Positions 57,880 to 64,000 of a DNA stretch of 64,000 bases are shown here, one piece after another. This DNA comes from a virus. How positions within the stretch are numbered: position 1 is the first letter of the stretch; each line of letters begins with the position of its first letter. The translations under genes and the position numbers were made by a program. Under the pieces are notes generated by a model. That model was not told the origin of the DNA and did no database searches. It saw nothing but the letters and a program-made list of their open reading frames with translations. The DNA lies in IMG/VR virus record IMGVR_UViG_3300020183_000012, positions 82,720-146,719 of that record. One strand, given 5' to 3'.

Positions 57880-58770
57880 ATGATTAAAAAATCTCAATCA
57901 AACCAAGACTTAATTTCAAAAGTACAGACATTAATAGAAAAATCTGCACTGCCACAAAATGAAAAAATAGAAGTAATAAGATTAATTGGACAATATATAT
58001 CTGGACAAATAAACCAGGGTGTATTTATGTCAAATAGATCGATAGCCACATTGAGAGCAGATCCATCAATGAATGTATTAATGACAGAAATACATAATGA
58101 AAGGCAAAAAAATCTTCAAGAGCAAAGAGATAATCAGCAAAGAGAATCAACAACACAGTCTCAGGCGTACTCTTTAGAAAGAGTAAATCAACAAAGAAGA
58201 GAAAATGGCTTACCTGAATTTAAAACATACGAAGAGGCTATGTCTCATAGAGAAAATGAAAATAAAAAACACAAAGATGCAGTAAAAAATCTTTATAGAT
58301 TTATAGCAAATGGAGACGGAGACGCAATATTGGAATCTGGAGCAACATATGTTCAGGTGAAAGAGGCAATAGACAACATCATTAATAGATCTCCAAGTCC
58401 AAAGGGATTTGATGATTCAGATCATCATTTAGAAGGCGTCTCGGAATATTTAAGAAGCATGTATGGAATACTTGATTCGAATGAAAAAGTACATTCTTTT
58501 TTTATTAATGCAATAATGGCTTATCATTCAAGAAAGGCAAACATAAAAAGCAGAAACGAACAAGAGCGTCAATCAAAAATTGATGAAGCCCATGCAAAAA
58601 GAAGAGAAAACATGGCAAGACAAACAGAGCTATCTTCTGATAGAACAAGTTTAAATGAATCTAGAAATAGAGAAAGAGATTCCAGGATGTCAAGAGTTGA
58701 CCAAGCTGCAGCAAGAAATAGAGGAAGAACAAATTCTAATTTCTCTAGAAATAATCAATTCTTTAACTAA
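57880..58770 (+). CDS. hypothetical coiled-coil protein
   Basis: AAGGA RBS; MIKKSQ start. Confidence 0.75.
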   Translation: MIKKSQSNQDLISKVQTLIEKSALPQNEKIEVIRLIGQYISGQINQGVFMSNRSIATLRADPSMNVLMTEIHNERQKNLQEQRDNQQRESTTQSQAYSLERVNQQRRENGLPEFKTYEEAMSHRENENKKHKDAVKNLYRFIANGDGDAILESGATYVQVKEAIDNIINRSPSPKGFDDSDHHLEGVSEYLRSMYGILDSNEKVHSFFINAIMAYHSRKANIKSRNEQERQSKIDEAHAKRRENMARQTELSSDRTSLNESRNRERDSRMSRVDQAAARNRGRTNSNFSRNNQFFN

Positions 58771-58777
58771 TAGTATT

Positions 58778-58826
58778 AAAACAAATAAAAAAAGACGGTT
58801 TTTAGGCCGTCTTTTTTATTTGTTTT
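58778..58826. terminator. bidirectional intrinsic terminator
   Basis: AAAACAAATAAAAAAAGACGG-loop-CCGTCTTTTTTATTTGTTTT between convergent genes. Confidence 0.85.
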
Positions 58827-58965
58827 TACTATTTTATCAGAAGCCTCTTTGTTTTTGCCTTTCAGCTAGTTGTGCTGGAGTAAGAGAGGCATCTGTACCT
58901 GGAGCTGGTGTTGGCCTTATTCTAGAATAAGGATTTCCCCTTGCTGGGTAAACTGTTTCTGCTCC

Positions 58966-59952
58966 CTATGGCGCATCAGGACCTGGACCAGGTCCTTCTT
59001 CTGCTGTGGCAGGAGCGGCTGCAGGAGCGGCTGCAGGAGCGGCTGCTGCTGGGGCAGGAGAGGCTGAAACGGATTTAGGTGCTTGTAGTTTTCCCATAAG
59101 CGCCTGTCCTTCTTGTGTCATAAGATCCATTTCAAACCATCCGTACCCATCCTTAATTACGGGGGTGTAAATGTAAAAACCAACTTTGCCCTCATTCTCA
59201 TCAGAACCACCATCATTTGCAAGATTTGTAAGGGCAGTTGGTCCATAAACAATATATGCTGGAGCTAAGGCTGGTGTTGGACCATATGTCTCCTGCTCTC
59301 CCTCATCGTTTTCAAAGACCTCTTGCTTAAGTCTAAAATTTGCAGAAGAAACCCTATATGATTCTTTCATTTTTGATTCAGCAGAAGTTGCTACTACTGT
59401 TCTTCCGCTATAAGCGTATGGTAATATAAACTGCATTTCTTCTTCATTTGCTGGTTCAGTTACTGCAGCTCCACCTCTTCTTGGCGACATCTGTGGAACA
59501 TTGGAACCAATAAGAAGAGCTACCATATAATCTGCTTTTGCTGTAACCTCAAATATGCCTCCATTTGGTATGGATTTGACTACTCCTACCTGGCTAGACT
59601 CTTGTTGCACTTGCTGTGCTGCTGGGGCTGTACCACCTTGTGCTGCTGGGGAAGACGCAGCTCCACCACCAGTAGCTCCGCCACCAGAAGCTCCGCCACC
59701 AGAAGCTCCGCCACCAGCAGCTCCGCCACCAGCAGCTCCGCCACCAGCAGCTCCGCCACCAGCAGCTCCACCACCAGTAGCTCCACCACCAGTAGATGCA
59801 CTTTGTGCTGCAGAATTTGCAGCAGCAGCAGGTGCCTGTGGGGAAGAAGGAGGAGTTTGAGCTGTTTTAAAATCAGAAAAACCTCCTATAAGGTTTTTAA
59901 TTGCATCAGATTCATTTTGTAACTGAGCTTGTTTTTTAAGATTAAATTTCAT
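58966..59952 (-). CDS. Gly/Ala/Pro-rich probable virion protein
   Basis: MKFNLKKQAQ tag; nine (T/A/S)GGGA units; frame stays open past the TAG to TGA at 58837. Confidence 0.8.
   Translation of the reverse strand: MKFNLKKQAQLQNESDAIKNLIGGFSDFKTAQTPPSSPQAPAAAANSAAQSASTGGGATGGGAAGGGAAGGGAAGGGAAGGGASGGGASGGGATGGGAASSPAAQGGTAPAAQQVQQESSQVGVVKSIPNGGIFEVTAKADYMVALLIGSNVPQMSPRRGGAAVTEPANEEEMQFILPYAYSGRTVVATSAESKMKESYRVSSANFRLKQEVFENDEGEQETYGPTPALAPAYIVYGPTALTNLANDGGSDENEGKVGFYIYTPVIKDGYGWFEMDLMTQEGQALMGKLQAPKSVSASPAPAAAAPAAAPAAAPATAEEGPGPGPDAP
59659..59793 (-). repeat. 15-nt coding minisatellite, nine units
   Basis: AGCTCC(A/G)CCACCAG(T/A/C) tandem units on the plus strand. Confidence 0.9.
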
Positions 59953-59972
59953 ATTAATTCCCTATTTATTAA

Positions 59973-60413
59973 TTAAAAAGATGGAGTCCTTTGTGATCTT
60001 CCACTAGATTGACGAGCTGCACCCGGTTTAGACGGTCCTTTTTTGCCTCCGCTTGGATCAAAAGTTCCCATGTCAAATTGTCCAGGAGCTTTTTCTCTTT
60101 CCATTGCTCTTAAATTATTTAAATTAATCTCTCTTACTTCTTCAAGATCTTCAATCAGGGCTTGCATGTTTGGCGCATAATCAGCGTCAAGATACTGAAA
60201 GGCTTGAATTGAATTCTTTAAATACTGAACCCATTGTCCGTTTGTGCTAGACCCATCTCCGTATACAAGAGTAAATATCTGTTTTGCTCTGTCAAGATTC
60301 AAACTTCTAAGTGCAGTATCATTAGTAGAAAACCATCCAGCATCTTCGTACTGTGGTGCTTCTTGAGCTGTTTTAACTTTCCATTGACCGTTTTCAATCT
60401 CATATTTATCCAT
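59973..60413 (-). CDS. hypothetical protein
   Basis: AAGGAG RBS; WKVKTAQE motif. Confidence 0.75.
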   Translation of the reverse strand: MDKYEIENGQWKVKTAQEAPQYEDAGWFSTNDTALRSLNLDRAKQIFTLVYGDGSSTNGQWVQYLKNSIQAFQYLDADYAPNMQALIEDLEEVREINLNNLRAMEREKAPGQFDMGTFDPSGGKKGPSKPGAARQSSGRSQRTPSF

Positions 60414-60427
60414 TTTTTCTCCTTTTT

Positions 60428-60778
60428 TTATGGTAATTTTGTTCCCTTACGCCAAGCTCTACAGCTCCAGTATCCCGCAGAAGTCTTGTCCTTTTTGGAG
60501 TCGCAATTGTGACGAGCCAAAAAACTTTTTTGTCTATTTGGCTTGTTTCTCTTGATGGATAGCGTTTTTTCGCCTTTTGCTCTGGCACTCGATCCACCGT
60601 GTCCGAAATTTACCTTTTTAACTTTTTTTGTTTTGGGATTAATGACGTATACTTTGAATTTCTTAACGTCACCCTTCATTATTTTACCAATTGGTACTTT
60701 TTTGCCTTGGTATTCGGCAGCTTCTTTAAATAAAGAAGGTTTTTTATGATTATAAGAAGTTGATACTAAATAAACCAT
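60428..60778 (-). CDS. basic conserved phage protein
   Basis: AEYQGKKV..GK.MKGDVKKFKVYV...KVNFG...SF.ARH.C......AGYWSC..W, a pattern I recall from T4-like aquatic phages. Confidence 0.8.
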   Translation of the reverse strand: MVYLVSTSYNHKKPSLFKEAAEYQGKKVPIGKIMKGDVKKFKVYVINPKTKKVKKVNFGHGGSSARAKGEKTLSIKRNKPNRQKSFLARHNCDSKKDKTSAGYWSCRAWRKGTKLP

Positions 60779-60827
60779 GTAAATTCTCCTGTAACTTACT
60801 TTTTACATGATTTTAATATTTTACCTT

Positions 60828-61487
60828 CTACATTTTTGAATAATCAATCATTAAATATATTGAAAATTCAAAAAAATGTTTTCTTTTTTCACAAGATTTG
60901 ACATATTTAAACCTTGGATCTTCCTTTTTCTTAAATTCTTCAATAATTTCATTAGGATCACGATTGGTCTCTAAATGTATTTTGAATAATTCTTCAGTCA
61001 CTGGGTCTGTTTGTACACCAGGTGGTGTCATTTTTGAAACAACTAGCAAATAGTCTATTTCTGGCTTGTCTGAAATATCTATTTCTACACATTTCATTGG
61101 TAGCTTATTGTCATATTTAATTCCAAATACATTGTTTACAATAATTGAAACGAGTTCTTTATTAAAACTTTCACATATTGTTTGACCTATTTGGTTTCTG
61201 AATCTATCAAAATTTGTAATTGTGTCTGGAGAAACGTATGTATCATCTGAACTAAGAAAGTTTATTATTTTTCTAAGGTTAGGAGAATTTGTTACATCAA
61301 ACTTTATACATGTGTTCCAGTTTTTAGAACAAACCATTTTTCCCTCTTTGATTGAGAAATCAACAGTGTAGTTTTCAGTATTGTACTCAAGTCTTGATAT
61401 TTCATCAATAATCTCTGTTCCAATTAATATTTTATCTAAAGTCGAAAAAAAGTCTAAACTACTGTCTGTCTGGGATGTGTTTTTCAT
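60828..61487 (-). CDS. hypothetical protein
   Basis: 219-aa ORF. Confidence 0.65.
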   Translation of the reverse strand: MKNTSQTDSSLDFFSTLDKILIGTEIIDEISRLEYNTENYTVDFSIKEGKMVCSKNWNTCIKFDVTNSPNLRKIINFLSSDDTYVSPDTITNFDRFRNQIGQTICESFNKELVSIIVNNVFGIKYDNKLPMKCVEIDISDKPEIDYLLVVSKMTPPGVQTDPVTEELFKIHLETNRDPNEIIEEFKKKEDPRFKYVKSCEKRKHFFEFSIYLMIDYSKM

Positions 61488-62355
61488 GATTTACCTCAAA
61501 AGTATTTATTTAGAAAATTTCTGTGGGTACAAAAAGTTCTCTCTTGACTTTTTCGACCAAAGCGAGAAGTTCAGACCATTTACTGTATTTTTTGGTCCTA
61601 ACGGATTTGGTAAGTCTACTTTTTTACAAGCAGTTAGAATACTATCACATCCAAGTCAGTTTTTTGGTAGAAACAGTGACTTGTTTTTCAGAAAACTTAC
61701 ATTTGATACAAATTATGATCCAACATATTTTAAATACAATAAAACAAAAAATAAACTTAAAATGATTGGTACTTTTTTTTCTACTGATGAAAACAAGTAT
61801 TATAAAACAGAAGTTAATGATTCAGTTGTTTCAACTGATTTGCCTCATTATAATTCAGACCAGGATGGATGGTGTATCTTTACAGATGCAGATCATCCAA
61901 TAAATATGGGTAAGTTTCAGATTAATTCTGAATGTTCTGACAAATTTATAGAATTGGCTAATGCAACATACAACTTGCCTTGCAAATTAGATAAATTTAT
62001 TTCAACTTTTGATATGGAAACTGAAGTTTCTTTTTTTCTTGATTTTACAATACAAAAGAATGATGTTACTGTTCATTACAAAAGAATGAGTGATGGAGAG
62101 AAGAAAATAGCTACATTACTTCGTTCTCTTTGTGATAAGATCACTTTTACTAATCCCAAAATTTGTTTAATTGATAATATCGAAATGCATATTTATTTCA
62201 AGAGACACCCAGTTCTTGTTGATAAACTTGTTTCAGTTTTTCCAAATGTTCAGTTTATAACCACTTCTCATAGTCAAACTCTTATATCTCATGTTAGTTC
62301 AAATTATGGGAATGGTTCTCTTGTTGATCTTGAAATAGAAAAAGATAAGATTTGA
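61486..62355 (+). CDS. ABC/SMC-type ATPase (AAA_21-like)
   Basis: LKSIYLENF, GPNGFGKST, MSDGEK, LIDNIEMH, ITTSHS. Confidence 0.85.
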   Translation: MIYLKSIYLENFCGYKKFSLDFFDQSEKFRPFTVFFGPNGFGKSTFLQAVRILSHPSQFFGRNSDLFFRKLTFDTNYDPTYFKYNKTKNKLKMIGTFFSTDENKYYKTEVNDSVVSTDLPHYNSDQDGWCIFTDADHPINMGKFQINSECSDKFIELANATYNLPCKLDKFISTFDMETEVSFFLDFTIQKNDVTVHYKRMSDGEKKIATLLRSLCDKITFTNPKICLIDNIEMHIYFKRHPVLVDKLVSVFPNVQFITTSHSQTLISHVSSNYGNGSLVDLEIEKDKI

Positions 62356-62369
62356 TTTTCTCTTTTTAT

Positions 62370-62835
62370 TTAGCTCACTTCGTTCGCATGTTGATGTCCC
62401 TTTCGGGCCATCAAGCATATTTGAAAATTATTTAATCATTTTTTTCTTAACCATCATTATCTGAAGGCGTAATATCGTCCCAGGAAAACGAACCGCCACT
62501 TTACTATAAGACTAGGACTTTTTCAAGTAAAGGACAAGCGCCCATCTATTCCTAGAATTGCTCATATTTTATATTTTTGTTTTTAGATTTTATAAATTAA
62601 TTTCTTCGGGGGTTTTCGTTTTAATAAATTTTGAGTCATTTGCCCGAGCAGGCATGGATCTCTTTTGGCTAGAGATTCTCTCCATTCTGATGATCAGATC
62701 AGTTCCGGTTCTACCTTGACGACCTTTTCTCCACGTTCAGAAACGTGCTACTAGGCATTTGAGACTTTCGTCCACGGGCCGTGCCAAGCGCCCAAGAAAA
62801 CTTAGATGTTGAGTCTTTGCCTTGACTCGTAATAC
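62370..62835 (-). ncRNA. candidate large structured non-coding element
   Basis: no ORF of 60 aa or more over ~560 bp; locally GC-richer blocks with several hairpins including GNRA loops on the minus strand. Confidence 0.4.
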
Positions 62836-62914
62836 CTCTTTCGACATAATCTTTAAAATAATAAACTAACATAGTTTTACAGGTTTATAAAACAAAATAT
62901 AGAATAATTTAATT

Positions 62915-63127
62915 ATGCCATTAATAGGATTTTCTGCTGGTAAGCCTGATCCATCAGCAATAAGATTTTTTCAACAAGATACTGCACCCACCAATGCAAA
63001 ATTGGGCGATAGGTGGTTGAATACAAATAATATGAACGAGTTTATATATTTAAAGGTTTCAGAAAACCCAGATGCGTATCAGTGGTTTGATCTTTCTGGA
63101 GATTATCCTGGTGATAGTATATCTTGA
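62915..63127 (+). CDS. small tail-fibre-associated repeat protein
   Basis: TAP.....GDRW.NT....EFIY.......QW motif. Confidence 0.7.
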   Translation: MPLIGFSAGKPDPSAIRFFQQDTAPTNAKLGDRWLNTNNMNEFIYLKVSENPDAYQWFDLSGDYPGDSIS

Positions 63128-63135
63128 GTAAATTT

Positions 63136-63906
63136 ATGGCAATACCAATTACATCATTTCCAAGGTCTCCATCAAATAATCAAGAGGTATCAATTGATGG
63201 TCGTAAGTGGGTTTACAAACTAAGCATACCTGGATGGGTTTGTTCTCAAATTGGTTCAGGAGGTGTTGTATTTATTGCATCAGAAACCGCACCTTCTGTA
63301 AATTCATATAAAGCTGGCGATAGATGGTTTAATACATCCACAGGAATTGAATATGTTCTCATCAATGATGGAGATGATAAATATTGGGTAAATGTCTATA
63401 CAACTCCTCACAGTCATTCCATTTCTAATATAAATGGTTTGCAAACAATATTAAATTTAAAGACTCAATTTTACTATAGGACTTCTCCTCCATCAAATCC
63501 AAATATTGGTGATCGCTGGATGGATTCTGTAACAGGAGATGAATACATATATGTTTATGATGGCAGTAGCTATCAGTGGATGCAGCCAACTATAAATCCT
63601 TACTTTGGATCAATAAAAGGAAATACTGTTTCCGTTACCACATCTTCTTACTCTATGATATCAACCGATTATTATGTTGGCGTTAATTACGCCGGTATAG
63701 TTACAATAACTTTACCAGAGAGTCCAGATGAAGGTAAAATGGTTGTAATTAAGGATGAATCTGGAAACGCAAGTGGCCCATCTATGTATATAGAAATACT
63801 TCCATATGATATATCAGATACAATAGACAATGTCAGCTCTGCTATAATAGATATAGACAATGGAGTAGTTGACCTTATATATAGAAATGGATGGAGAATA
63901 ATATGA
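63136..63906 (+). CDS. probable tail fibre/virion structural protein
   Basis: FP.SP...Q, two P....GDRW..T.TG.EY repeats, DYYVGVN....TITLP...G....IKDESG. Confidence 0.75.
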   Translation: MAIPITSFPRSPSNNQEVSIDGRKWVYKLSIPGWVCSQIGSGGVVFIASETAPSVNSYKAGDRWFNTSTGIEYVLINDGDDKYWVNVYTTPHSHSISNINGLQTILNLKTQFYYRTSPPSNPNIGDRWMDSVTGDEYIYVYDGSSYQWMQPTINPYFGSIKGNTVSVTTSSYSMISTDYYVGVNYAGIVTITLPESPDEGKMVVIKDESGNASGPSMYIEILPYDISDTIDNVSSAIIDIDNGVVDLIYRNGWRII

Positions 63907-64000
63907 GTTATCTTTTTAGTAATAGTGTAAAATATGACACAAGCACAACAGGAGGAGGCGTTGCTACTCCCGTTTTAGATGATTCAACGATATCACTTAT
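63903..64000 (+). CDS. partial ORF running off window
   Basis: ATGA-coupled MSYLFSNSVKYD..., open to window end. Confidence 0.55.
   Translation, partial: MSYLFSNSVKYDTSTTGGGVATPVLDDSTISL

Noticed and set aside
1-64000. Genome-wide TAG recoding
   Set aside because: Conserved long genes are intact in the standard code and several, such as thyX, end naturally at TAG.

Overview
Segment of a large (jumbo/huge) dsDNA phage genome; the host is probably a planctomycete (inferred from two csrA genes, a dockerin-type tailed protease, a TIGR03790-like gene and a FliA-type sigma). Zone 1 (1 to ~15.65 kb) is a GC-rich, C-skewed, all-plus-strand accessory array of about 35 small ORFs and 3 tRNAs, nearly each unit led by one of about 30 copies of a promoter/RBS repeat. 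It also holds the most interesting elements: a Cas7/RAMP-like gene followed by a hairpin-punctuated array of 5-nt-periodic GNY-NN runs (plus solo runs elsewhere), i.e. a candidate non-CRISPR RNA-guided system, and a pistol ribozyme heading a structured RNA next to the csrA pair. Zone 2 (~15.7-22.6 kb) starts with an abrupt GC-skew flip and carries seven GGGATACCTTAGYGG repeats (candidate origin or genome-end junction). Zone 3 (~22.6-64 kb) is AT-rich, with glycosyl/methyltransferases, a PlcP-like + GT4 pair, CCA-adding enzyme, SNF2 helicase, SOD, thyX, sigma-28, HNH, nrdJ, dUTPase, an ABC/SMC ATPase and probable virion proteins. About 20 unrelated proteins in zones 2-3 share an NW(Y/F)K / Kx(A/S)(Q/S) tag, a candidate virion-targeting and cleavage signal. 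All calls were made by eye from motifs; no database search was run.
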